Positions 26,065-36,121 of a DNA stretch of 41,775 bases are shown here, piece after piece (the stretch's first letter is position 1; every line of letters starts with the position of its first letter). The position numbers and the translations under genes are program-made. Below the pieces are notes generated by a model. That model searched no databases and was not told the DNA's origin. It worked only from the letters and a program-made list of their open reading frames with translations. This DNA is from a virus. The stretch lies in the UHGV virus genome UHGV-0209075, one strand, 5' to 3'.

Positions 26065-26510
26065 TTACTTAAGACCTCATCAATAGCCTGATTCATTCGC
26101 TGTATGGCAACCTGCGCCGCCAGCTCCTCTGTCGTATCGAAAGCCGGGCGAATGAATGGATGCGCGGGCATGTTTATCGTTCCCAGCTCCACAAAGCGCC
26201 AGTAAAATGCATTTCGGGGATCGCTGGCTTTCATGCTGTTATCACTGTTTCCGGTTCGCAGGTTCCGTCCGCGAATGTGGACACCCGAGATAATTTCCCC
26301 CCGACGCTTTGAACGCTGAGTGAGAACAACCACATTTTTCTTCAGTTTCCCGGTTCGCTCCGGCGCACGTTCAACAACTGCATCCCGCATAACTTCAGCA
26401 CCGGCACGGGTGGCATCGCGCAGAACCTTATTGTTTTCTGCCCTGCTGAGCGTCTCCAGATCCCGTGCAATATCCGCCAGGCCGGAAAAATCAAGACTGA
26501 AATCCATCAC
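26061..26510 (-). CDS. HK97 gp10-like tail/neck protein
   Basis: 149-aa ORF with C-terminal NMPAHPFIRPAFD motif typical of HK97 gp10 family. Confidence 0.65.
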   Translation of the reverse strand: MMDFSLDFSGLADIARDLETLSRAENNKVLRDATRAGAEVMRDAVVERAPERTGKLKKNVVVLTQRSKRRGEIISGVHIRGRNLRTGNSDNSMKASDPRNAFYWRFVELGTINMPAHPFIRPAFDTTEELAAQVAIQRMNQAIDEVLSK

Positions 26511-26845
26511 ACATTCCCCTTCAGGCTGCAGAGTATTTCAAGCCGGGTAGCGCGTGCATCCGGTATTGGTGGACCTTCTATACCCAGAATGGCCCCTTTA
26601 AATGCACCGGTCAGCACTTTCAGACGTGAAGTCGCTGTCACATCGCGCCGGAATCTCATCCAGACTCTGACCGTAGCCTGAGCGGTTTCTGCTCCGCCTG
26701 AGATTATCTCCCTCCCGCTGATACCCTTAACTTCTGCCCATACGGTAGCTCCCTCCGTCACCGTCTCCACCGGATGCCCTGACGGAGAGCGGGCGGTGGT
26801 GACATTCAGAATAATTACGCGATCACGTAATCTGCCCGCCTGCAT
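26507..26845 (-). CDS. head-tail adaptor / head closure protein
   Basis: 112-aa ORF starting MQAGRLRDRVIIL, typical of phage head-tail joining proteins; synteny. Confidence 0.65.
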   Translation of the reverse strand: MQAGRLRDRVIILNVTTARSPSGHPVETVTEGATVWAEVKGISGREIISGGAETAQATVRVWMRFRRDVTATSRLKVLTGAFKGAILGIEGPPIPDARATRLEILCSLKGNV

Positions 26846-26853
26846 GTCTCCTC

Positions 26854-27171
26854 CTACAAAGGAATAAAACGATAAGGCTCCAGCAGAGAAGAAAAACCAA
26901 ACGGGACTGGTGCCTTGCTGACATCTGAGGAATTTTCCCGGTTTTCGTACCAGTGCCCGACCAGCAACATGAGCGCCAGCAAAACATCATCAGCTATAAG
27001 CACCCCTTCAGGATCACCTTCCGGCACCGTCTCCTCATAAAGCTTACGGTTGATAAAATTTTCTGCCTTGCGGCAGGCAGCCCGGAAATACAGCATCAGT
27101 AACTCATCATCAGTTGCATCATCTGTATCAATACGGCACTGCGCCCTGAGTTTTTCCACTATTGCTGCCAT
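26854..27171 (-). CDS. head-tail connector protein (gp6-like)
   Basis: From ATG 27171 (AGGAG SD): MAAIVEKLRAQCRIDTDDATDDELLMLYFRAA typical of gp6-like connector proteins; ORF-track ORF trimmed because it overlaps the capsid gene. Confidence 0.65.
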   Translation of the reverse strand: MAAIVEKLRAQCRIDTDDATDDELLMLYFRAACRKAENFINRKLYEETVPEGDPEGVLIADDVLLALMLLVGHWYENRENSSDVSKAPVPFGFSSLLEPYRFIPL

Positions 27172-27204
27172 CAGAAACTCCTGCCCGCAACACTGTGCGG
27201 GCAT

Positions 27205-27226
27205 AAAAAAACCGCGTCGGCGCGGT
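27205..27226 (-). terminator. hairpin + U-tract downstream of major capsid gene
   Basis: ACCGCG-tcgg-CGCGGT followed on minus strand by U6; second hairpin GCCCGCA/TGCGGGC adjacent. Confidence 0.55.
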
Positions 27227-27247
27227 CTGTAACTGAACAACGAGTGG

Positions 27248-28465
27248 TTATTTGCCAGTGAGCGCCTTGATGGCTGCCACATCTTCCAGCACACAGTCAA
27301 AACGATGGAAAGCCAGAAATGCCACCTGATCAAACTCAGCATAACGCTCAACCAGACGTTTCAGTTCCATATAAGTAACGCGGCGAATGATAAAGCGGTT
27401 GAAATCCCCCAGGAAAATGAATTTTTTTCCGGTACCAATCCCGTCAATAGCCTGATCAATAACATAAGGGATCCCCAGCACAGTAGCCGGCGTACCGCCT
27501 GCAATATCCGGCAGCCATAACGGGCGTTTCTGCCCATCCTCCATCTCTTCAATAGTCTGCAATGTGGCATCATTGAATGCCCAGCGGTATTTCGGCCCAC
27601 CACGATATGCCGGATCAATGGCATGTTTCAGGGCATTCATTTCTTTCCAGGTGAAAGCGGCAGAGGCTGCAGTCTGGATGGTTCCCGTCACCGACGCTGC
27701 CAGCCCTTTTGGCTGTAACGGTGATCCCGTTCCGGTCCCCTGAACCAGATATTTTGCCTCTCCACGACCAATACGCTGGGCAATACGGTTTGCCAGATAA
27801 GATTCAATATCCACCCCACTGTCCTGGAGCAGCTCATTGGACACACGAATTATTTTTGATGACAGCTTTTTAGCCCCCAGAATAGCGGTCCCGAACGTCA
27901 CATCCTGTTCCGTTGCGGCTGTATTTTCCGCCAGCAGTTCGCCCTCTTCAGTCGTGCCATCAGACGTTGACCAGGTGATATCCTGCCCGGTTGATGTGGT
28001 CAGAAGTTGCGCCACACTGGCAATCCCGCCATAAGCCTTCATGGTGTCAATGATTTTGTTACGCATCTGCGTGGGCACCGTATATCCGCCCTGAGAATCC
28101 GTTGTTACACTCTGAGCCCGCAGTTCACGCATCAGATTACGCTCTTCAGCATTCAGTTCTGCAAATCCGGCACGCAGAAAACGGTTAAATGCCGCAGCGC
28201 GCTTCTCTTCCACCGCCTTTTTCCCGTTCTCCGCCTCATTATTCTGGCGCTCTTCCGGCCCGGACTCATCCACATATGCCTGATCCTGACGGCGCAACTC
28301 TTCTTCACGGGCGATTTGCTCATCCAGCGCATCCAGCTCAGCTTTCGCCCTGTTCCACTCTGCCCGTTGCTCATCAGTCCATGCGTTATCACCAATTTTT
28401 TCATGCAGTGCACGCATATCCTTTGCAATGGTGTTTCGTTTTTGCTTCATCTCATGAAGTTTCAT
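27248..28465 (-). CDS. major capsid protein, HK97 family
   Basis: 405 aa with N-terminal coiled-coil delta-like domain and HK97-fold body; follows prohead protease. Confidence 0.9.
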   Translation of the reverse strand: MKLHEMKQKRNTIAKDMRALHEKIGDNAWTDEQRAEWNRAKAELDALDEQIAREEELRRQDQAYVDESGPEERQNNEAENGKKAVEEKRAAAFNRFLRAGFAELNAEERNLMRELRAQSVTTDSQGGYTVPTQMRNKIIDTMKAYGGIASVAQLLTTSTGQDITWSTSDGTTEEGELLAENTAATEQDVTFGTAILGAKKLSSKIIRVSNELLQDSGVDIESYLANRIAQRIGRGEAKYLVQGTGTGSPLQPKGLAASVTGTIQTAASAAFTWKEMNALKHAIDPAYRGGPKYRWAFNDATLQTIEEMEDGQKRPLWLPDIAGGTPATVLGIPYVIDQAIDGIGTGKKFIFLGDFNRFIIRRVTYMELKRLVERYAEFDQVAFLAFHRFDCVLEDVAAIKALTGK

Positions 28466-28479
28466 CGTCAGTAGTATCC

Positions 28480-29079
28480 TTATGCATTAAGAAGGGTCAA
28501 AAGACGCTCACGCGCCATTCGTTCGTTAACAGCTTTCTTCAGCGCACCACTCGCCCGCGCTTCCTGCCAGGCTTTCATTGAGCGGACACCAGAGTCTGCG
28601 TCCTGATAGGCCGGATATGTCACCGGGCTGACGTCATACAGACGAGAAATGCGCGTGATTTCCCGGATAACAATCCCCTCGTCGTCTTCATACCAGCTCT
28701 CTCCGTCACGGGCGACACGAAACGCGAACGAGGACTGATTAATGTCACCACGCAACATTGGAGACAGCACCAGGTCACAAATAGTCGGAGTATCCGGTGC
28801 AACAATGTCATAACGTAAACCGCGTTCATCCACCGACAATGACAACGTGCCGGCAGAACTTCGTCCGAGAATGAAATTAGGATCATGATTAAACAAGCCA
28901 CGTACATCATCATTCAGTACATCATCAAAAGCCCCCGGCTTGATGATTTCACGAAATCCCCACAGAGGTTCTGAACGACTGTTAAATACCGAGCCATACC
29001 CCAGAATGTGGGTCGGGGCATTATCATATTGTTCCGCCCGCACCTCCCCGCTGTAACAGCGCGTTTCACGGTCATTCAT
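28480..29079 (-). CDS. prohead maturation protease (HK97 family)
   Basis: 199-aa ORF between portal and capsid genes. Confidence 0.8.
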   Translation of the reverse strand: MNDRETRCYSGEVRAEQYDNAPTHILGYGSVFNSRSEPLWGFREIIKPGAFDDVLNDDVRGLFNHDPNFILGRSSAGTLSLSVDERGLRYDIVAPDTPTICDLVLSPMLRGDINQSSFAFRVARDGESWYEDDEGIVIREITRISRLYDVSPVTYPAYQDADSGVRSMKAWQEARASGALKKAVNERMARERLLTLLNA

Positions 29080-30298
29080 CGTTCTTTTCCTCTTTGCCTT
29101 TCGTATCTTTAAAGTTATTCAACGGATTTGCTGCATTTACGCTGACCAGCATTTCATCCAGACCGTCAACCGGGTTCATATCCTCAAATGCCCTGGCTTC
29201 ATTCCGACTCATCCAGCCATCTGTAATGGCAAAGTGATAGAACTGCGCACGCTCCTGTGGGGTCCCACGGAGCAACCCCGTGAGGTTGAAACGAACGTAA
29301 TACCCGGCAGCCCGTTCTGTACGGGTAAACAGGCGACGGTTAAGCTCCTGCTCCCAGTTCGCAACCCAGGGCATCATCGTGTAGCGAACAAACTGAATCG
29401 CCTGCTGCGTAATATTCGAAAATGTGGCTTTTTCCAGGTCATTAATCATGTGCGCCGGGACATTAAAAATCCCGGCAATCATCGACCGGTTCAGCTTGGT
29501 CATATCAATGATCTGAGCATCCACCGGAGAAACTGTCAGAGCGCGGTAATCCAGTTGCGCAGGCAGCAACATGGTTTTATTTTCCTGGCTGCGAAGCGCT
29601 GTCACCGCCCGCTGCCACATATTTTTAAGCCTGCCCCAGCTTTGTTCGTTCAGTTCATTTTTCACAGAAATAATACCGGCAGGACGGGCATTACCGTTAA
29701 AAAAGGCGCTGGTATACTGCTGGCCACTCATTCCCATACCAATGGTTTCAGCATGCTGCATGATCGGGCTCAGTCCCATTTTCTGATTGTTTCCCAGCGC
29801 CCTGATATGGATCATGTCGTCCGGACTTACCGCAAATGCACCCTCTTCGTTATACACCCCGTAAGTATGACGCCCACCGGTGTTAAGTAACGTGGTTTCC
29901 CATGGCATACAGCATTCAAGGCTGGTAACCTCTCCACGACGATTACGTTTTACCCACGTATAACCATTGCCCCACCCCAGCACATGACGCTGCTTCAGTT
30001 CCCGCCACTTATAGCTGGTCTGCCAGGCATTAGGTTCATCATGAACGAGCCAGAACAACGGATGATCGCGTGCCGGCTGAACATGCTCATTCGTTTTTCG
30101 CATCACATGCAGGGGCATCTGAGCCACACTGGATGAAATAACATAAATACAGGCATAGACAGCAGCCAGCTTCATGGATGTTTCCGGACTGACATACACA
30201 TCCCGGGCAAAAATATTATCCGTCTCAGCGGCCTCTCCGGTTACCGGAACCGAGGGATTTTCCAGAGGCTCACTGCGAAACAGAGCATCAAGAAGCAT
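29072..30298 (-). CDS. portal protein
   Basis: 408-aa ORF downstream of TerL; AGGAGAAAAC-ATG RBS. Confidence 0.9.
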   Translation of the reverse strand: MLLDALFRSEPLENPSVPVTGEAAETDNIFARDVYVSPETSMKLAAVYACIYVISSSVAQMPLHVMRKTNEHVQPARDHPLFWLVHDEPNAWQTSYKWRELKQRHVLGWGNGYTWVKRNRRGEVTSLECCMPWETTLLNTGGRHTYGVYNEEGAFAVSPDDMIHIRALGNNQKMGLSPIMQHAETIGMGMSGQQYTSAFFNGNARPAGIISVKNELNEQSWGRLKNMWQRAVTALRSQENKTMLLPAQLDYRALTVSPVDAQIIDMTKLNRSMIAGIFNVPAHMINDLEKATFSNITQQAIQFVRYTMMPWVANWEQELNRRLFTRTERAAGYYVRFNLTGLLRGTPQERAQFYHFAITDGWMSRNEARAFEDMNPVDGLDEMLVSVNAANPLNNFKDTKGKEEKNDE

Positions 30299-30445
30299 GT
30301 TTTCTCCTCATGGACACCACCAGTGCATAAAGCAGCAACAAACAGCCCGACAGCATCAGAGACGCTGGCAGACCTGCATACAGATAAACGCCAGCAGTGA
30401 GCAAACCGAAACCGATCAGCCCGGTCATATCAGTAATAAGCTGTT

Positions 30446-32203
30446 TCACAGAATTAACAGGTCCTCATCAGGATCAAGCGTGGACAGAAAGTCATTCACG
30501 CCCCCTCCATTTACCAGAAAGCGGCTCATGGCTGTAAAAAGCGCAACAGGGCCGTCGATTTTGGCTTCCGGCGTGGATTTATTCGGGAAGATGTTGTCGT
30601 TTTTGTCCGGTTTTACAGTAACGTTAGACATCATCCAGTTCATGACCGGATGATTGCTGTGATGGAAACGCCCGGCATAAACCAGTGATTCCGTTTCCTT
30701 CATGGCCTCTGACAGATTGCGGACCGTCTGCGGAACCTCCACCAGCGGTATCCCTTCTTCAGCCAGTGCCAGGCTGAACTGCATTGCGCTCCACGGGTCA
30801 AATCCCAGTTCCCTGAGGTTTTCACCGCCAATCCATTCCAGTAAGTCACTTTTTATCTGAGCATGATCGATAACATCACCATCCGTCAGGATGAGCTTAT
30901 CCATCTCCGCCCACTTCCGGTAAAGTTCTGCCTGCTGCCGCGAGCATCGTTCCAGCCGTCCTTCCGGAAGCCAGAATTTAAAATCAGCATGAACATGTCC
31001 GTTATCGGTTCGCCAGAGTTTTGCCGCCGCACAGATATCAATCTTATGAGCAAGGTCGACGCCGACCCACATGGGATATGTTTTCAGCTCATGTTGTGGA
31101 GCAATGTATTCGCACTTCTCCCACTTAATCATATCCATCCAGGCAGATTCGGCAGTGACCCACACATTCATGTGTTTGGTAAAAAAATTCACCCGCGCAG
31201 AGACCTGCTCCTTCGCTTTTTTCGCCAGACGACGCAGATCATCCCAGCGTTTACAGATGCCCAGGCCAGGATTCGCTTTCTGCCAGACCGTTTCATCAAA
31301 CGGATCATCTCCCTCATCAAGCGTGTAAATGATCGCAAAGTAAGAGTCGTCTTTTACAGCGCCCTCCACGTCGCTGTTATAGCCTCGCAATACCTTGATG
31401 GCGTAATCACGCTGCTCGTAACAAATCCCTTCCTTGTTAAAGCCAGCCGTGGTGATACCAAATAACAGGGACTGCAGACGGGCACCGGTTGCCGTTTCCA
31501 GAACGTCCCACACGTCGCGGGTTTTATGTGCATGCAGCTCATCAATAATGGCGCAGTGGATGTTCAGACCGTCCAGGTTGTTTGCATCCGAGGAAAGCGG
31601 TTCAAATTTTGATGCGCTCTGCTCCTGGTAAATCGCCAGCTTGTTGAAATCAAACAACCGCCCGAGTGTCGACCGGGCTTTTCTGACCATATTTTTGGCG
31701 TCTTCAAACACGATTCTGGCCTGGTCACGCGTGGTTGCGGCTGAATACACCTCAGCTCCGCCTTCACTATCTGCCCCCGTCATATACAGGCCGATACCCG
31801 ATGACAGTGTTGATTTTGCGTTTTTACGGGCGACTTCGTTGTACGCCGTCCGGAACCGGCGCACCATCACCGGACGTCCGCTGCCATCGCTGCGCATGAC
31901 AACTTCCCCGGTTTCTTCATTGACCAGCGGAATGACAAAACCAAAAATATTAATGAGGATAAATACATGCCAGTCCATCAACTCAATGGGCTGGCCTGCC
32001 AGTGCCCCTTTTACATGAGGCACAAATTTGTAGAAATTCAGGATGTGCTGCGCACGGGGTTCACTGAAATAAATCCCCCGCTTTTCGCCGTACTTCAGAT
32101 CATCAAGAAAACGCTGGCAGGCCAGGCGGACAAATTCGCCAGCAACAATTTCTCCTGCAACAACACGTTCGGCGTAGCGGATCCCGTCAGCCACTTTTGC
32201 CAT
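30446..32203 (-). CDS. terminase large subunit
   Basis: 585 aa; start overlaps TerS stop (TGATG). Confidence 0.9.
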   Translation of the reverse strand: MAKVADGIRYAERVVAGEIVAGEFVRLACQRFLDDLKYGEKRGIYFSEPRAQHILNFYKFVPHVKGALAGQPIELMDWHVFILINIFGFVIPLVNEETGEVVMRSDGSGRPVMVRRFRTAYNEVARKNAKSTLSSGIGLYMTGADSEGGAEVYSAATTRDQARIVFEDAKNMVRKARSTLGRLFDFNKLAIYQEQSASKFEPLSSDANNLDGLNIHCAIIDELHAHKTRDVWDVLETATGARLQSLLFGITTAGFNKEGICYEQRDYAIKVLRGYNSDVEGAVKDDSYFAIIYTLDEGDDPFDETVWQKANPGLGICKRWDDLRRLAKKAKEQVSARVNFFTKHMNVWVTAESAWMDMIKWEKCEYIAPQHELKTYPMWVGVDLAHKIDICAAAKLWRTDNGHVHADFKFWLPEGRLERCSRQQAELYRKWAEMDKLILTDGDVIDHAQIKSDLLEWIGGENLRELGFDPWSAMQFSLALAEEGIPLVEVPQTVRNLSEAMKETESLVYAGRFHHSNHPVMNWMMSNVTVKPDKNDNIFPNKSTPEAKIDGPVALFTAMSRFLVNGGGVNDFLSTLDPDEDLLIL

Positions 32204-32685
32204 CAGTCTCTCGCTTTTAAAAGCTCTGCCAGCGGATCAACATTATCCGGTCCGGCGGTATTTACTTTTGCCCGGCTTGCCGGTGACATACCAAATTCTG
32301 CAAGCATCGCCCGGATCCGCTTCCAGGCATCCGCTTTCATCGCAGCAGCCGGGTGTGCCTTAATCAGCACATCACCGTTCTGCGTTTCCGAGCGGTAGGT
32401 GTACCCCTCAACATCGAGTGTTTCGCAGTGATGCCGGTATTCGGTATAGGCTTCCACCAGTAGCTCAAGCGCACGCGCATCAAGCTGAGAAATGATCCCT
32501 TCCGCATTCAGCTCTTCCGCCATTCGCCTGAACCAGTACTTCCCCTGCGCCCCTAAATGTTGCGGAATTTTAGGGAGACCTTTTTCATCCTTTTTAGCGG
32601 TTTTTTTGAGGTCTTTAACTGGCCGCTTTGAGGGGTTGCCTCGTATCAAATGCAGGCGTGGCGGGATTTTCGGGGGTCCAGACAT
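32203..32685 (-). CDS. terminase small subunit (P27-like)
   Basis: 160-aa basic ORF immediately upstream of TerL. Confidence 0.8.
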   Translation of the reverse strand: MSGPPKIPPRLHLIRGNPSKRPVKDLKKTAKKDEKGLPKIPQHLGAQGKYWFRRMAEELNAEGIISQLDARALELLVEAYTEYRHHCETLDVEGYTYRSETQNGDVLIKAHPAAAMKADAWKRIRAMLAEFGMSPASRAKVNTAGPDNVDPLAELLKARD

Positions 32686-32832
32686 AATCGGTTTTACCTA
32701 TCAATCATTTAATCACATTCCAAAAAAAAGTTTTCGAACCTGCGGCGATGCGAGGAAAGGTCAGGCGGCGGTACTGAGCAGCCAGGGTTGCAGAGATTTG
32801 ACCCGCCCCTCCCCTACAGATGGGAACTGTTA

Positions 32833-33183
32833 TCAATTGATGCGTTCGCGCGCTGTTTTTGCTTTATGACAGGGCCAGCACAGACTCTGCAGGTTACTGT
32901 CTGCATCTGTGCCACCATGAGCTTTCGGAATGATGTGGTCCACAGTTCTGGCTTCAACGGCTCTCCCATTGCGCAGGCAGTTCTGACACAGATGATTATC
33001 ACGCTTCAGTATGCGCGCACGTATGGCATCCCATTTCGAGCCATAGCCACGCTGGTGGCGGCTCAGTCCGCGTTGATGCTGTACCCATCCTTCGCCACGA
33101 TGTTTATCGCAGTAACCAGAACTGTCTGTGGTTGTACCTGCACATCCACGCTTACGGCAGGCGCGTGGGATTAGTGCTGGCAT
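32833..33183 (-). CDS. HNH endonuclease (terminase-associated)
   Basis: DHIIPKAHGGTDADSNLQSLCWPCHKAKT HNH motif plus N-terminal Cys cluster; immediately upstream of TerS as in HK97-like cos phages. Confidence 0.85.
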   Translation of the reverse strand: MPALIPRACRKRGCAGTTTDSSGYCDKHRGEGWVQHQRGLSRHQRGYGSKWDAIRARILKRDNHLCQNCLRNGRAVEARTVDHIIPKAHGGTDADSNLQSLCWPCHKAKTARERIN

Positions 33184-33321
33184 GTTTCGCCCTTATATAA
33201 ATCAAAGGTGACCTGCATTGAGTATCTCCATGGAATAGATTTGCTGCTGATATGAGACAGATCAATAGACTTCATGAGCCAACGGGTGTAGATATTACTT
33301 TTTACTTCAGAGGGTTAACTC

Positions 33322-33861
33322 ATGGATATTAAAGATAAAATCAATACCATTTTGTTATGTGACATTGCCATCCACCTAGGTATCGAAACTGATATTGATC
33401 CACAGCTTGTTAAATATGCTGTGTCATCTGGTAATGATTGGGTTATCAAGGCCGAATATTCACATTTGGATGTTGACGAACCAAGTAAAGAAGATCGTGA
33501 TTTTGTTACTGCTGTCTTGAATATGTATCGCGGACTTTCCAATGCTTTCAGGAAACTTAGTGATGACGAGCAAAAAGAATTAGTCCGTGACCATCATCTA
33601 AAAATACATGATGGGGCAATTCAGCTCCCAGGTTTCGACGGTAATAATGAATGCGATTACTTCAGTATCATTGAGGCATATCAGAAAATTGATCGCTTCC
33701 CCGAACAGAAACAGCCCATTGCCAATACTCATTCACGTACAGAACATCTCTATAACGCAATGCTTGATGAGTTTAAGAAAATTGACGCTGTAAATCGAAG
33801 CTGGGATTTATCGAAGGAAGAACTGGCATCCATTCTTTCCACAGCTCCACGCAGTTTCTAA
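33322..33861 (+). CDS. YfbU-like (UPF0304-like) protein, AT-rich cargo gene antisense to late operon
   Basis: ATG 33322 preceded by AGAGGG (7-nt spacer); by-eye resemblance to E. coli YfbU as I recall it; about 38% GC. Confidence 0.5.
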   Translation: MDIKDKINTILLCDIAIHLGIETDIDPQLVKYAVSSGNDWVIKAEYSHLDVDEPSKEDRDFVTAVLNMYRGLSNAFRKLSDDEQKELVRDHHLKIHDGAIQLPGFDGNNECDYFSIIEAYQKIDRFPEQKQPIANTHSRTEHLYNAMLDEFKKIDAVNRSWDLSKEELASILSTAPRSF

Positions 33862-33866
33862 GTGCT

Positions 33867-34133
33867 TTAGGCGGGTTTCCAACCCGCCTTATTATGCTCG
33901 TATATAGAGAAGGAAGCACCCAAATTAACCAGCGCGGATTTCTTTTCCTCAATACGGCTGTTAAGTTCAGCAACTGCATGCGGGCGTATGGCCTCAAGAA
34001 AAGCACTATATTGATAGGCAGACTGGATTGTCACACCAAGCCCTGCACCACTTTCCAGTATACCTTTCTGTCGCTGTAGCTCTTTCATCTCGTTATAGAT
34101 GTAATGTGCGTTACTTAGGTTTTCTACGTTCAC
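33867..34133 (-). CDS. hypothetical protein (88 aa) downstream of Rz
   Basis: GTG start with weak SD; its 3' end overlaps the hairpin of the convergent gene; coding status uncertain. Confidence 0.3.
   Translation of the reverse strand: MNVENLSNAHYIYNEMKELQRQKGILESGAGLGVTIQSAYQYSAFLEAIRPHAVAELNSRIEEKKSALVNLGASFSIYEHNKAGWKPA
33870..33888 (+). terminator. perfect 8-bp-stem hairpin 9 nt after the YfbU-like stop
   Basis: GGCGGGTT-tcc-AACCCGCC followed by TTATTATG. Confidence 0.4.
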
Positions 34134-34288
34134 GCCCTAAGTTCTTCCTGCAGTTAGCCTGCACTGATTTGTTATGCGCCAATATGTCCCGCTTCGTCTG
34201 TTGCATTATCATAAGTAATAGCGTAGGTTGACACCTTGGCTCTCTTTCGCCACCGGCGAATCTTTAGCGGATTATCCTTGGCCGGTTT

Positions 34289-34756
34289 TTATCTGAGACA
34301 TTGCTCACGAATGTATAGCTGTGCCCCTTCCAGTTGCTTCTGCATCGTCATCAACCGTTCTCTGAGGGTGAAATAATCCCGTTCAGCGGTGTCTGCCAGT
34401 CTGGGGCTGGTTGCATTATCCACGCTGGTGGGTCCGGTGGCTTCACGCACGGCTGCGGAGCAACTGGCATTGACCCGCAGGCGCTTACGACCAGCGGCAA
34501 CATCAGCGCGCAGAGTTTCATTTTCAGCTTTCGCATTGGCTAATTCTCTCGAGTACTTTGCATCGAGCGCAGCAACATCACGCTGACGCTGTTGCATGTC
34601 AGCGATGGTGGCAGTCGCCTGCTTCAGCTCACTGACTTTTTTATCACGCTGTTCTTTGTAGGCGATGGCGTTATCACGGTAATGATTGACCGCCCACGAC
34701 AGGCAGACGATGGTGCAGATAACCAGAGTATAAATAATCGCTGCGACTCTGCTCAC
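34289..34756 (-). CDS. Rz: i-spanin Rz
   Basis: GTG 34756 overlapping endolysin stop (GTGA), GGGGGA SD; N-terminal TM helix, periplasmic coiled-coil; contains embedded Rz1. Confidence 0.8.
   Translation of the reverse strand: MSRVAAIIYTLVICTIVCLSWAVNHYRDNAIAYKEQRDKKVSELKQATATIADMQQRQRDVAALDAKYSRELANAKAENETLRADVAAGRKRLRVNASCSAAVREATGPTSVDNATSPRLADTAERDYFTLRERLMTMQKQLEGAQLYIREQCLR
34351..34536 (-). CDS. Rz1: o-spanin Rz1 (lipoprotein) embedded in Rz in a different frame
   Basis: [20 protein letters not shown] lipobox followed by Pro-rich mature peptide. Confidence 0.75.
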   Translation of the reverse strand: MRKLKMKLCALMLPLVVSACGSMPVAPQPCVKPPDPPAWIMQPAPDWQTPLNGIISPSENG

Positions 34757-35286
34757 TGATCTATCCCCCAACAGGCTAATGCGCTTTCCTGGTCACGACG
34801 AATAACCTGTCCATAGCAGTTATTTGAACGTATGCGGCAATCGCGCCCACCATCTTTTATCCACCAGCGAATCGCCTCGCATGCGCCCTTACGATCACCG
34901 GCATTCAGCCGCTTATAAAACGTCGACGGGAAACACTTACCGGGGCCAATGTTATAGGGACAGAATGACGCTATACCCGCTTTCTGTGGTTCGGTCAGTG
35001 GTACTTTAATATTGCGCTCTACCCATGCCAGCGCCTTATCACGTTCAATAGCGTTAACCTGGTCGCATTTTTCCTTCGACAGCTTCATTCCCGGTATGAC
35101 GGGCTTACCATCCACCATTGTGGCACCCCGACAGATGGTCCAGATGCCGGCCCCATCGCGGTATGCCGTTGTGTGGTTACCTTCTTTTTCATCCAGAAAC
35201 TGGTCGAGAATATCAGGCGCGGGCGCACCGACGGCAATCAGTGCCAGAACGGCAGCCGACAGGCCGTATCTGATTTTTGCGTTCAT
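34753..35286 (-). CDS. R: SAR endolysin (phage-21-type lysozyme)
   Basis: N-terminal signal-anchor-release helix ([15 protein letters not shown]) and E-x8-D-x5-T catalytic triad ([16 protein letters not shown]). Confidence 0.85.
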   Translation of the reverse strand: MNAKIRYGLSAAVLALIAVGAPAPDILDQFLDEKEGNHTTAYRDGAGIWTICRGATMVDGKPVIPGMKLSKEKCDQVNAIERDKALAWVERNIKVPLTEPQKAGIASFCPYNIGPGKCFPSTFYKRLNAGDRKGACEAIRWWIKDGGRDCRIRSNNCYGQVIRRDQESALACWGIDQ

Positions 35287-35349
35287 GGATATTTATCAGG
35301 ATTTATCGGTTTCTGCCCACGGACAGGTTTATCTGTTCCGGTCAGTGAC

Positions 35350-35700
35350 TTAAGGTTGTGATTCCGGAGGAGTCTTCAGAGAACCAGTAATTCTTCCTGG
35401 TAGCTTTCCTTTGTAGGTTATCCACACATTCTGCGCCTCTAAAATTACGGGGCGCTTTTCCGGCGACTGCTCATCCCCTTCACATAACCCGGCAGCAACA
35501 TCCAGGAAGACCTGTCTGATGCTCCTTCTGGCTGCTGCCTCATAAAACCCCAGCGCGGCACCTTCAACACGGTCCAGCGAGATGTCCAGGTCAAAAATTT
35601 CACCGTCAAAGCGTTTTTTGTCCCGTAACGCTAAAGTTACCGTAACTTTATTCTCAAAATTGCGGATCCCTTTCACAATCAGTTCATAGTTTTGAGTCAT
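35350..35700 (-). CDS. hypothetical protein (116 aa) between holin and endolysin
   Basis: ATG 35700 preceded by GGGGAGAG, 4 nt after holin stop; soluble-looking. Confidence 0.5.
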   Translation of the reverse strand: MTQNYELIVKGIRNFENKVTVTLALRDKKRFDGEIFDLDISLDRVEGAALGFYEAAARRSIRQVFLDVAAGLCEGDEQSPEKRPVILEAQNVWITYKGKLPGRITGSLKTPPESQP

Positions 35701-35704
35701 TGAA

Positions 35705-35920
35705 TTACTCTCCCCGTGCAGCCTTACGACGGTCCTCTCTGATTTTGAAATACAGGTTAGTCAGATATGTCAGGAAGCCCAGAACCAGACTCCCCAGTAC
35801 ACCAATCGCAGCCCACTGTGACGGACTGACCTGATCAAGCCACTGTAAAAACCAGTAGCCAGCACTGCCTGCGGAGGTGCCGTAGGCAATGCCCGTTGAA
35901 ATTTTATCCATGGATTTCAT
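35705..35920 (-). CDS. S: pinholin/antiholin S21-type with dual start (MKSM)
   Basis: From ATG 35920 (GGAGGTGA SD): [29 protein letters not shown]; two TM segments; second Met at codon 4. Confidence 0.85.
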   Translation of the reverse strand: MKSMDKISTGIAYGTSAGSAGYWFLQWLDQVSPSQWAAIGVLGSLVLGFLTYLTNLYFKIREDRRKAARGE

Positions 35921-36055
35921 AGCCTCACCTCCGCAGCGAACGGATGGCGTAGTTATAAGGGGAGCGAAAAAGAAAGAATGCGCGATTGCGCAATATGGTA
36001 ACGTCAGGGTATTATCCACTGGCTGAATAGATCACTTCACGTTTTTTGTTCCTTG

Positions 36056-36085
36056 CCGCCCGTATCCATATGCGGGCTTTTTTTT
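36056..36085 (+). terminator. hairpin + T8 on plus strand upstream of holin
   Basis: GCCCGTAT...ATGCGGGC followed by TTTTTTTT. Confidence 0.4.
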
Positions 36086-36090
36086 GCATG

Positions 36091-36121
36091 TAAAAAGGCC
36101 CCAACACATGTGCGTGGGGCC
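36091..36121 (-). terminator. hairpin + U-tract on minus strand between cargo ORF and holin
   Basis: GGCCCC-13 nt-GGGGCC followed on minus strand by UUUUUAC. Confidence 0.45.

Noticed and set aside
30288-30428. 46-aa two-helix hydrophobic ORF between terminase large subunit and portal
   Set aside because: Hand-found; no SD and its 3' end overlaps the portal RBS and start; could be a lambda-W-position micro-gene but evidence is insufficient.
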